A stretch of DNA of 61,649 nucleotides, the filler included, from Choristocarpus tenellus KU-1152 (lineage: Eukaryota; Protista; Phaeophyceae), in NCBI GenBank assembly GCA_964200185.2. It is 10 parts of 10 records of this genome, joined end to end, with 100 filler letters (N's around TTAATTAATTAA, not from the genome) between each part and the next. Parts side by side here need not be neighbours in the genome. Positions count along the whole stretch, not along the records: positions 21,401 to 33,389 come from CAXNAD020002037.1; positions 33,490 to 37,789 come from CAXNAD020015224.1; 8 more parts are not named here. The stretch is one strand, 5' to 3'. The stretch's first letter is position 1. Every line of letters begins with the position of its first letter. This document shows positions 25,101-37,068 of this stretch, in pieces. The notes beneath the pieces are model-generated. The model was not told where the DNA came from. It saw nothing but the letters and a program-made list of their open reading frames with translations, and ran no database searches. The translations under genes were made by a program, and so were the position numbers.

Positions 25101-28100
25101 GCATGTTAACAGTAACAAGGGAGAGGGCCTGACCTGGTACACATATTCTTGGGGGTATGGGTATGTCAAAAATATACACAAGTCACATAAGAAGAGAACT
25201 CGAACAAAACACAAATCTGGACCACCTTTCAATCCTATCAGTTTCACCCTACCCCTTCAAATATTCGAAAACAGTCCTCTGTACAAACATCAGACCAACA
25301 CAAAGTCCCTGCAAACAGCCAAGTCACACTTCAAACAAAACAATAAAACAAACTTGGACTCCAACAAGATTGAAATATTGGCACTTCTCAAAACTATCTA
25401 TCATTCATGGCATCAAAGAAAACATCTCTCCACCAAGGCTGTTCAATGATCAAGACATCACTACACTGCTCCTGCACCTCAAACCGTTTAATCTACAAAT
25501 TAACCCTATCAATATATTATGCTATTCTTCTGGTCACACCCTAATAATCCAACCATTTCAAACTCACAAAAGAACTAGTACCCAATTGTTTGCAGTCCAA
25601 TTACATCTTACCAACCAGCTTGTTGGAGCCAAGATCACACTTCTCCAGTGCAACCAGTTTCCCAAGCTCCTTAGGAATGCGCCCTGTCAGGAATTAAAAT
25701 ATAAATGATTGGTCGTGCTTCCACATTAAAGAAACACCAGTCATGCTCCTCAAAAACATCAAGTCCACCCCATCCACAATCATCTCGGACCAAAATATGT
25801 CAGCATGAAGTTATGCACACACAAACATATACGATTAGAACAGATGTGCGATACACTCTCAACATACCTCAGCGTAAAGTATCCATAGAAATATCCACCC
25901 AAGCACATGCCGTCATTCACCTTCAAACTACTTATATCATTGCACCAGAATATCATACAAGGACTAAGTGGGGTATGTGGAATATATAATTAAAATTCTT
26001 ACAACATAGTAAACGCAAGCCAAACATACCCTCAACAACCCCAACAAGACAACATACCACAATTTCCGTACGGGAAACAAACACACTGAGGGTTATCTTC
26101 ATCACAGAGTGGATCTCTTTGAGTAAATAACCAACTTGTCTTCCCAACCATATCATCACCTCTTAAAAATTCAATTGCTTCAACAAATGACACCTTGGTA
26201 TACATTCGACCTTATCACTATGTGATCTGAGTACCTCTGTGGAAGGGATAAAACACTCCAAACACTTGCAAGGCAGGAGATCACACTATTCACTCACTCC
26301 TCTAGGTCTAAGTTGCACCGGATGGTCCAAACCTCTAACAAAACCATGCTTGTACAGTATCCAATCCAAATACATAGAAAATGGAATGCTGCAATGAGAT
26401 GAGAATCAGAATACATCCATACAAAAAACGTACCCCATAATTACTTCATCTACTGCCAAAATACGAACTATCCCTACCAAATTATCATACACAAATATTA
26501 CAATAAACCAAATGCATTATGTTGTGGTTCAACTTAGGTTATCCTACACGTGCCACCTCTACCAGACACCACCGTGCTCTACCAACAATGAATATTTAAC
26601 CACCAACTTACAACCAAAAAAACATATCTTACAACTTATGCACCAGAATCACTCCCCATCAACGAGATATACCCAACACATAAATTACCTTGTCTTCCCA
26701 TTTACAACATCAGAAACAACCACAATACAATTTAACTACATGACACAAAATCTCACAAATATCACATATCTTGTCATTATTCCAACAAAAGTACACGTTA
26801 CGAGTATCAAGTCACATAAGAAGAGAGCTCAAACAAAACACAAAATTGGTCCACCTTTCAAACCTATCATTTTCACCCTACCCATTCAAATATTCCAAAC
26901 AGGCCTCTGTACAAACGCCACACCAACACAAAGTCCCCGCCAACAGCCAAGTCAATAATTTCTCAATGACCAAGACACCCATACACAGTCCCTGTATCTC
27001 AAACCTTTCACTCTACAAACTAAATCCATTCATCAAGATAATATGCTAGTCTGGTCACACCAAATGTATAATAGTTACTCACACTCAAACATAACCTTTG
27101 CCCATACGAGACAAAATACTAATACAACAACATTCTCCTCCACACTGTTCAACTACATTCATCTTTCAACGTTCATCCTTTGCAATCATTTCCTTTAAAC
27201 ATTTAAACAACGGGAAATTGATACACACAACCTAAACGCACAGATACACCAACATAAATTGTCAACAAGGTGGCACCACACAGACTCTATATATTTCACA
27301 TTCACCATCTACCACTTTTGCAGACCATTCCATTACTATCCTCATCCCAACACAAAAAAGACAACAATCAACAACGCCAAAAGACCAAGCTTGCAACCAA
27401 AGAACATCCTATACACAAACCAAAGATAGATAACATTCCTTTATGCACTACAAAGAAAACTCACCACTAAGCTGGTTGTGATCCAGACCTAGTACTGTTA
27501 GGAGCTTAAGGTTGCCAAATTCTGGTGGAATTGAACCTGCCAAACACCAACAAAAACGCACCTTAGACTGAATCTGTTAGAGTAAACAACTACTTCACAC
27601 TATTCACTCACTCCTCTATGTCTAAGTTGCACCGGATGGTCCAGACCTCTAACAAAACCATGCTTGTACAGTATCCAATCCAAATACATAGAAAATTGAA
27701 TGCTGCAATGAGATGAGAATCAGAATACATCCATACAAAAAACGCACCCCTTAATCACTTCATCTACTGACAAAATACAAACTATCCCTACCAAATTATC
27801 ATACACAATATATTATCATACACAAATATTACAATAAACCAAATACATTATGTTGGGTCCAACTTAGGTTATCCTTCACTTCCCACCTCTACCAACAATG
27901 AATATTTAAAAACCACCTTACAACCAAAAAACCGTATCTTACAACTTATGCACCGGAAACACTCCCCATCGACGAGATATACCCAACACATAAATTACCT
28001 TGTCTTCCCATTTACAACATCAGAACCAACCACAAGACGGTTCAACTACATGACACAAAATCTCACAAATATCACATATCTTGTCATTATTCCAACAAAG

Positions 28101-31100
28101 GTGCATGTTAACAGTAACAAGGGAGAGGGCCTGACCTTGTACACATATTCTTGGGGGTATGGGTATGTCACAAACATATACAAGTCACATAAGAAGAGAG
28201 CTCAAACAAAACACAAATCTGGACCACCTTCCAAACCTATCATTTTCACCCTACCCTTTCAAATATTCGAAAACAGTCCTCTGTACAAGCGTCAGACCAA
28301 CACAAAGTCCCCGCCAACAGCCAAGTCGACTAGCTCTCAATGACCAAGACACTCATACACAGTCCCTGCATCTCAAACCTTTCACTCTACAAAATAAATC
28401 CATCCATCAAGATAATATGCTAGTCTGGTCACACCACATGCAAAACAGTTACACACACTCAAACACAACCTTTGCCCAGACGACACAAAACACTAAAACA
28501 ACAACATTCGCCTCCACACTGCTCAACTATTTTCATCTTTCAACGTCTATCCTTTGCAAACATTTCTTTTAAAATTTCAAACAACGGGAAAATGATACAC
28601 ACAACAACCTTATCACACAGGTACACCAACATAACTTGTCAACAAGGGGGCACCACACAGACTCTCTATATTTCACATTCACCACCATCTACCACCTTTG
28701 CAAACCATTCCATCGCTGTCCTCATCCCAACATAAAAAAGACAACAATCAACAATGCCGAAAGACCAAGCTTGCAACCAAAGAACATCCTATACACAAAC
28801 CAAAGCTATACACCATTACTTCATACACTGCAAAGAAGACTCACCACTAAGCTGGTTGAAATAGAGACTTAGTTCTCTTAGTAGCTCAAGGTTTCCAAGA
28901 TCTGATGGAATTGAACCTGCCAAGCACCAACAAAAGCGCACCTTAGACTGGATCTGTTTGAGTAAACAATCACTTCACACTATTCACACACACCTCTGGG
29001 TCTAAGTTGCACTGGATGGTCCAAACCTCTAACAAAACCATGCTTGTACAGTATCCAATCCAAATACATAGAAAATGGAATGCTGAAACGAGATGAGAAT
29101 CAGAACAAATTCATACAAAAAACGTACCCCATAATTACTTCATCTACAACCATCTACCAGCTATGCAGACCATTCCATTGCTGTCCTCATCCCAACATAA
29201 ATAAGACATCAAGAACGGCAACGGTGCAATTTCTCATTTGCCACTATGTAACCGAATTTTCTCTCTATGTTCCTTTTCATTGCAGTCATCTTCTTTTTTC
29301 ATCTCACCTCACCGTTCTTTTCACTTCCAATTCTTTCGATAAAATATCAGCCAATGTAGCTGTAAATGAGTCACGGAAGAAATTATCATCATTGCTTTAC
29401 AAGGTTGTCCAAACATTTTTGTCATGATCCTTGTGATTTCGAGATTAGTACAAATGAGGTTGCAAAGAATAGAGGAATGACTTTAAACCTGATATATCCG
29501 GATAATTGACTTAGAAAAATGTTGCAAGGGACAGAGGAAATAAACAAAGACCATCTCCACACTCTGGGCTAAAAACAAATGCGTGCGAATACAGCAACAC
29601 AAACTTGAAATGCAACCATCACTCCAGCCTCGATCTGTTGTTATCTGCGTCTCCAATTAAAGATGTCTTACATTCTTCGAAAGTCTCGATCAAACAAAAT
29701 TATGACACCTACGTCACAACCGACATTCTGAATGATAACCCTCCCTGGTCCACCGCAATACTAAAAAGTAAAAAGTAAATGTGGTTTCCTTGGTACAAAT
29801 GTCAACAAACCTATTTCTTACAAGGCTGCTTCAGGTTGAACCCCATTGTGTTTGGAATAATGACAGAAAACAAGGAGGCAATTAAGGCGTCCTACAGAGC
29901 AACCTCGACGCCAACGGCACGAAGTGTGAATTATTAAAAAAAACACGAACACATTCTCATCTGTTCCACGTGTGTGATCAGGAACAATAATCCTTCAACG
30001 ACCATCATGAGTACAATTGTTGAAAAGAGAAGGAATGGTGCAGATCGCTGTCGTGCAAAATGTGTGCATCATCCGTAACACTAATCAAACCTCAAACTAA
30101 AACTTACATGAGAAAAAAAGTACCCATCACTAAAAGTCGGCTCAAACCTAGTCCGTTATCTCTGAAACATAGTTTTGTGTCAACCGTGTCATATGGATCC
30201 TATCAAATGCAAGAGCCTTTCGACTATCAAATGCAAGAGCCTTTCGACTATCAAATGCAAGAGCCTTTCGACACTTTTTCGCAATAACGTAAGTCGAAAA
30301 TTGAAAAAACATCTATAAAGATCAGTCCAATTCTCAGACTGCACACTCTATCATCACTTTTGGTATGATTATCTTATCACCAGGAAGGAAGGAGTAAACA
30401 TCAATAACGATCAGTCCAATTCTCAGACTACATAATCTATCATCACTTTTGGTACGATTATCTTATCACCACAAAGGAGTACTTGTAAATAGGACAGAAA
30501 ACATACCAAAATAAAACTGCATGTAATACTAGTTACTAGGAAGCCAACTTCCTTGAACCCTAAATGGTTCGGGCAGTAATACCAAAATGGAAATATATAT
30601 GAAAGATGAACACGCTATTATACCACAAGAAAAGATGCGAAACTGTCATAGAATCACAATGATGTCGTGGGAAAAACATCACAATATATTTTATCACACA
30701 AGCGACATCAATACAACAGATTCAAACCACATAATATAATGTTTTTATTAACACCTGCTGTTGTGTCGGGTCTCAAGCGTACAACACAGTTGTCATTTCA
30801 ATATGCCTCCTATGCAGCTCATCATCAGTAACAGGGAACAAGCCTTACGCAAGGTGGTGTTCAACTGACCTTGAAGGTTGTTCCCCTCCAAAACAAGCTT
30901 GGACACTCTCCCAGTGCTGTCCACCTTGACACCATACCACTCTCCGACTGGAGCAGCACTACCCCACTTCGAATTATTTGTCCAAGATGGACCACCTGTA
31001 GCCTCATACAGGGTCATGAGCACTTGGCGATCAACCACTCCGGGGGAAGACAGAGGCAAAGGGGCACATTTAACCCCAACCTTGGCAACCAGCGGCCTGC

Positions 31101-31506
31101 CTGAGTCGACCAAGGCTTGAACAATATCCATCTTGTTGCAACACTCCTTGATATCCATGCCTAGTTCATCCGCCATAGTGCACAGTTCCATCCACGAAGT
31201 GCCAGCTAGCATGCTCTTAACTGCCTCACCCCCGACCTCAGGGTATTGCAGCACTGCCTCAATTTCCGATGCACAAAAGCGTCCAATTGCTGTAAGGAGT
31301 CGCTTATCCAGCATAGAAAGAACCTCCACACTCTCGGGGGGGTAAAGATGCACAGAAGAGATCAAGTCGAGAAGGTATGCTGTTGCCTTTTGCCCTTCAG
31401 GTGTGGCAGCATTTGTGGAGTTGTCCCATAGAGGAGATAGCCTTTGAATGATGTTCTTCAGCGGGCCTTGAATTACAAACTTCTTTCCCTTTGCTGGGGA
31501 GTCGAC
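22099..31506 (-). CDS. LRR protein with one LRR per exon (candidate ROCO/immune-receptor type; partial at both ends). Exons 31506-30870, 28916-28845, 27536-27465, 25683-25612, 24534-24463, 23320-23249, 22170-22099
   Basis: The large exon ends with an LRR N-cap (DRQVLMTLYEATGGPSWTNNSKWGSAAPVGEWYGVKVDSTGRVSKLVLEGNNLQG, phase-1 GT donor). Six 72-nt CAG/GT-bounded phase 1-1 exons follow, each encoding GxIPxxxGxLxxLxxLxLxxNxLx. Confidence 0.92.
23249..23320 (-). CDS. LRR exon E: GSIPPEFGNLQLLTQLDLSQNQLS
   Basis: 72 nt, CAG acceptor, GTGAG donor. Confidence 0.95.
24463..24534 (-). CDS. LRR exon D: GSIPPQLGNLQLLTKLALHLNQLS
   Basis: 72 nt, CAG acceptor, GTGAG donor. Confidence 0.95.
25612..25683 (-). 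CDS. Divergent LRR exon C: GRIPKELGKLVALEKCDLGSNKLV
   Basis: 72 nt, CAG acceptor, GTAAG donor, in a non-repeat intron context. Confidence 0.9.
27465..27536 (-). CDS. LRR exon B: GSIPPEFGNLKLLTVLGLDHNQLS
   Basis: 72 nt, CAG acceptor, GTGAG donor. Confidence 0.95.
28845..28916 (-). CDS. LRR exon A: GSIPSDLGNLELLRELSLYFNQLS
   Basis: 72 nt, CAG acceptor, GTGAG donor. Confidence 0.95.
30200..30272. repeat. 24-bp tandem repeat x3 (CTATCAAATGCAAGAGCCTTTCGA); a ~59-bp duplication follows at 30320/30409
   Basis: Read directly; lies in an intron of the LRR gene. Confidence 0.9.
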
Positions 31507-33189
31507 CTTCAAAGAAAACGGAATTGTCACACAGATGAGAAGGCACACCAGGTCAATGGAAATATCTTCCCATACAGTCACAATATCAGTACTGCATTGG
31601 ACCAAAACATGCTTTCATCAATTTGGTATTTCATTCCAGTCTTGATCAGACTTCTATACCCTGAACACACTACACGTTGGTCAGAGTATAGGACTGTACC
31701 TAGCAACTAAGGTAATCCGATGCCCTCAATTTTTGGTCTGCAGCAGTGATCAAGGGCACCATCAAAAATGCCCCAGGCTGCACAGAAAAAATCAGCCCTG
31801 TCCATTATAACAACAAACCATTTCCCTTTCCCATTCATCACACTCTTTTTTTGTAACAATTGCTTGCACATCAAGTGTGTTGAGTGGATTAGAGGGTCAC
31901 CTTGCTATGCTGAATGTAACCAGCGACCACAGCAATAACCCCTGCTCTCATCCGAACCTCTAGAGTGTGACCTTGGACTAATGCGATATTGGCACTTCTC
32001 TCAGCTTCCATCAGGTATCGCACATCCCCTTCACTGGCAACGTAACTGTTCAAATTGTTTTCTGCTACCGGAAGATGGGCATCCTATACAAACAAAACCG
32101 CATCAGGGATGAAGTGTCAGGTTCGAAGAGGTTTGGAGTTAATATCAAGCAATGCGAAGTTGAGATTGTTGATGTGACCTTTATATTCAATTCCAAACAT
32201 ACTTCTCCTCAACATGTCAAAGCTTTGATGATATTTGCAAAGGCTGTATAATAATATTTCCGAAATAATCTTTTAGAAACACATGTGGTGCACATGACGT
32301 AAGCGATCGCTATCATACATACATGCTTACCCTCACTACTTGGAGAGTTGGAAATGGCTTCTGAGAACAAACTGCAAACGCTCACTTCAAAGGAGATAAA
32401 ACACTACCAAATTTTACAGCATACAATGATACAGCAAGGTACATATATTTCACAATCCTGTTTGCACGCTCTACAACAGAGCGTCCACAGTATCAAAAAA
32501 CAGTGTTCCTGTCTCTCACTTGTAAAACGTTCTCCATAGTGGTGCGTTTATGGCAGGTTACTTTACCTCTCAAAATGTATTCCCCCCTACCATGGGCAGG
32601 TACTGATTTTCACTATGCAACTTCAACTATTTGAAGTAGAATGTACATTTCAGAAGCTGAATTTGAAAAGTGACATAGAAACCAATCACAGGATCTAAGT
32701 GATGTTAATAAATTTATCATCTCATATACAAACAGTATCTAATCACCTTCCAGACCAAATCATTTGCTCGCTATTCCATTGAGTGTATCAGCATGCTGCA
32801 CGATCTTCAAATTTATCATTGCAGCAGCACCAACCACCTAGCAATGCATACCCGCTTCCACTTATTGCAACCACATTCAAGTTTTTTCAAGCCCCTTCAA
32901 TACTCAAAAAATCATCTCGAATTCCAACTGTAGCATACTTCCTAGCAAAATACAAATGTCACCAATTTCATTCTTAATGACAGACGTCTAGAGATACTCT
33001 ACATAAAAATTGCATGGTTACTAGGTATATTTTGAAAAAATGGATTTTCATCATACCTTCCAGTTCTGCAAGGACAGCAAAAGAGAAATACTGTACTCAA
33101 TTATAAACAGTACGTTTGAAATAATATAGTACAGCAAATACAAAATGAGAGGATAATTGTCTGTTGGTGCCATTAAGTGGCATCTGTAT

Positions 33190-33389
33190 TGCTTAAAGTA
33201 TCTGGTCAGGGGGGTTCTACATCACGGTGTGGATTTTGGCCCTGACCATCAAAAGTACTCTTACATTTTCCATTCCACACATGCGACCAAATCACCCAAA
33301 AAATGTGACATGGACAAATGGACCCCAAATGGACAGTCGCCCCACCCCCACCCCCCCCCCCCCCCCCCCCCCCCCCTCCTCCCCCCCTC
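33190..33389. mobile_element. MITE family A at contig end
   Basis: gcttaaagtatctgg...ccccaaatggacagtcgcc followed by poly-C. Confidence 0.75.
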
Positions 33390-36300
33390 NNNNNNNNNNN
33401 NNNNNNNNNNNNNNNNNNNNNNNNNNNNNNNNNTTAATTAATTAANNNNNNNNNNNNNNNNNNNNNNNNNNNNNNNNNNNNNNNNNNNNCTTGAGATTCA
33501 CCTGAGAGTACTGCTGCTCTACTGAGCTGACGTGCGTTAATCTGTGAATTGGATTTGACTTGTACATCCTGGAAGGTGAGCATTGAGGGGCGCCTGTAAC
33601 ATGGAGGTCCTACCGAAACTGTAACACAAACACCAATGCTATTCTTCTGCGATGAATATATAGAAAACTGAGTCAATGCTTGTCGTGCACATACACAGCT
33701 TGCATGTTGAAGAGTATCTGCTAACTCCAGGAATCAAATATTCTACGGCTACACATAATGCAATGGAAAGTCATGTATATGCGTACCAAGTACAGTGGTA
33801 CGTGTTTAATATTGTTGCTTAAACACCTAGTGACCAGTACGGGTGGCCAGATCAGCAGTCAACACCAGTTCATGTTATTGTTCTGTATCTAAATGAGCTA
33901 GAGAGGAGTGACACACTACTATTGGGATAATGCGAGTATTCTGGGTTATTTCAAAGGTGCGCACTCTCACTAAGCACAACTCTATTAACCCTTCCCTCGA
34001 ATTTGTAATCAACAACCACGCCCAAACCTCAGAAATAGGCCTGGACATATTTGGCACCTTCAACGCTAGAAATAGAATAAGACATGATAATGTACATTCA
34101 CATAACGGGATATAAATATACCATCTATACTTATCCTTTGTTCCAACTCTGGCCTGGAGGCTATGTCAAGACAGCAAAGAAACAAAGTTAGGTTTTCATC
34201 AAACTATAATAGAAATGTTGCCAATGTACTACATCACAAATAATATCACTTTTCAATTTTAAAAAAAATGAAAAAAAACCCAAATGCTGAAAAAGACAAC
34301 AAACGTACATACAAAAAACCTCAAAGTTGTTTTCTACCCGTGAACAAGATTGGCCATTACAATACACTGCCAACCTGCAGTTCCCAACTACTATACCGAA
34401 GATGTACTAGGAGCCAGTAGCATACTTTGGGGGTTGTATATAATATATATATATGTATATGTATCTATTATTCTTGTTGTGTAGAACCTCATACGGTAGA
34501 AATATGGATGCCAATCTTATGGTGGTTGTCTCTCGTGGGTCATCAAGGGGTGGGTAGGAGGGTGTATATATTTAAAAGGATGATAGCAATACTGCCTGCA
34601 AGCAGGGAATTGTCCTGGTATGATATCTTGGTGTGCCAGAGTTGTGTGCTAGGAGAAGGTGGGTTGAGTTAGGAATAGTGTGTTGTAGTCTATAGAACTA
34701 CACATCTCTTGCAGTTCTGATTGATGAAGGTGAGAGTAGAGGCGCGGTGCTCCCTACTTGTAGTATATGGAACTCCTCCATGTAGCAGTAATATTGTTGT
34801 ACTTACAGCTCATGGCCATATGTCATCCCATCGGAACCTGTGCAAGGAAAGGGAAGGGGCGTCACAAGGGCAGAGGCAAATTCGAAGCCACACTGCGGAG
34901 GAAAGTACATACATCTGCATACACACCTCTACCCCCCAAAATCACAAGAAACTACAAAACATAGAAATTACAACTGTGACAATACGTGAGCCGCCCACAC
35001 AACAATATCCAGTTGTTTAAAACGATATTATTAGCTACTGCTAGGCGCGATTCATTGGTTATTTGCAACTATTGTTAGACACCCCACCTTACCTGCTACC
35101 TATAACCCTAGACTTTTGTTGAACACTCTTGACTAGATGGTCGACCCAAAGTGTGATCTTTTGGTGAGCTGTCTGGCAGGGTCATGACTTGTGATGCCCT
35201 CATCATTGGTTTAGAGTTACCTCTTGGTCACTTTTCCATACGTCACGGTTACATTCAGACTCCACAACACTATATGCACGCTTGCTAAATCACCAAATTT
35301 GCACAGGCAGGCACAGACCCACTCACAGCTCTTGCGCCTACAGTATGGCATCCTGATCATCGAATTTCGGGAGTAGCCCACTGTGGTAGTTGCAAGTGAC
35401 ACACAGGAGTATTATACAGGATTGTCACTCAACAGACAACAACAAAGATACAATGGATTTATCGGACAGAACATCTTTACCATTCAAAAACTACCTCACT
35501 GGCATTATACCCCACCTCCCCTTCTTCTCTGTCTCACCACTCCCCAAACGTTCCTGTTGTATATATCAAGTCATCCTTGATCACTAGGTCCGTCTCTCTC
35601 GAGAGATCCTCACGGGCATGGCAGGACCGTGAATAGATCTACAACTGGTTCTGAAATAACCATTGGTGAATGGGGAGTGCTTGCCTTTTGTATGACCTTG
35701 GCCAGTTCACTGCAACAACAACAGTGTGTAATATTTTGTACTGCTCCATAGTCTCTTGGTAAAGAAGAACCCCTGCCTCCCCCCCCTGCCTAGAGGTGAC
35801 ATGCCCAAATGAAAGGAATAGGTCTCACAATACACTGTTATGTATCAGTAAAGCTTTTGCAAGAACGAGAATACCATTCACAACACTGCCTGTGGTTTTT
35901 CAACGAAACACTTTGCAGGGTCCCTTATCCAACAGCATCAGTCTCAAACCAAGTGATTACAACACCCAGAATTCGTGTAAGTACGTTGTTGCAGAGAATT
36001 CAGCCTATCACGTAGCTTTGAGGTGTTGTCCTATAAGTTAAAATACCAACATCAACATTCCTGTGTATAAGCTCTAGTTTGCATGTTTACGTATAGATTG
36101 TATGTCAATGTTCAATACCTCTGGCAGTCCTGTAGCTCAGCAGGGATACGCAAGGACAGTGTAGTCACGTATGCAGGTGAGAAGGGTAAGACGCTTGGTC
36201 AACAGATCATCCAGACAAATTTAGGATTATTTAGGGTTCACTTCTGCGTGGGGATGCTTTAACAGCCACACACACTGGAGCTTTTTCCTTTTCCTCTACA

Positions 36301-36887
36301 TTCCACGCTGGATTGAGCGCCACACTCCACTTTTAATACAAGTAAAGCCATATGTTGAGCTTTGAAGCTGCAATAAAACTGTCAAGTGCAGCCATTGGAA
36401 TATTCCACACGACCCATTTTCTTCAAGGAATCCACCCCTAACTCTTCCATCTGTTGGAAGAACATCCTCATAATAAGAACCTAAAACATGTCACGTTTGG
36501 GGCTCGGAAGATGCGCAGGCGGCGGCAGGGAATTCCCAACGATGGGAAAAGCTGAACAGACGGAGGACAAGTCAGATGATGGACGGGTAGGCATTGGGTA
36601 GAAACCCGCCATATGTATGGACTTGTTCTGAATGATGTTGAAAAGAAAAATCACATGGTTTCAAATCATGTATGCATACAAACACATTGAAAAGGACAAC
36701 CCAGATAGAAGCGGTGCTTTTGTGTTCACTTTCTGTCTTTCTCGCCTCATAGTACACATACCATTCCAAAATAAATAGTATTTGTGTCAAAAGTAGTCCT
36801 AGAGGTTGAGGGCTAGGATGTCAAAGAGGAAATGAAAAATACTACAATTGTATATTCATAGACAACCACACATACACATAGGTATGA

Positions 36888-37068
36888 GGCTCACAAAGTA
36901 TCTGGGGGGGGGGTGGCGGCTGTCCATTTGGGGTTAATTTTTTCATGTCGCGATTATTGCGTCATTTGGTTGCATACGTGGGATGGATATGTAAATGCGC
37001 TTTTCCTGGTTATGCCCCGAATGGACACCCTGGTGTACACCCCCCTCCACCCCCAGATACTTTGGGTC
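36888..37068. mobile_element. MITE family A, complete, with ATGA 4-bp TSD
   Basis: atga|ggctcacaaagtatctgggggg...cccccagatactttgggtc|atga. Confidence 0.9.

Larger units (their letters stand above)
21401..29200. repeat. Tandem array of exon+intron units (exon spacings 1150, 1214, 1149, 1853, 1380 bp)
   Basis: The same intron blocks recur, e.g. cacactattcactcactcctctaggtctaag at ~22229, 23379, 24592, 26282, 27595 and 28975. The array runs off the contig edge at 21401. Confidence 0.95.

Noticed and set aside
21402-28872. Recurrent plus-strand ORFs (MHRKHSPSTRYTQH..., MGMSQTYTSHIRRELKQ...)
   Set aside because: These are antisense readings of the repeated G/T-rich intron. The A/C-rich strand is poor in stops, and indels shift the frames between copies.
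31507-32941. Additional 5' exons of the LRR gene, or stop-codon readthrough/recoding (32941-32747, 31777-31560)
   Set aside because: All frames contain stops, and the other genes here use standard TAA/TGA stops. Intron and decayed exon cannot be told apart without transcripts.
33490-36800. Minus-strand gene in contig 5
   Set aside because: Candidate AG/GT segments (e.g. ~36480-36240, ~35710-35590) hit stops in all frames; no recognisable domain.
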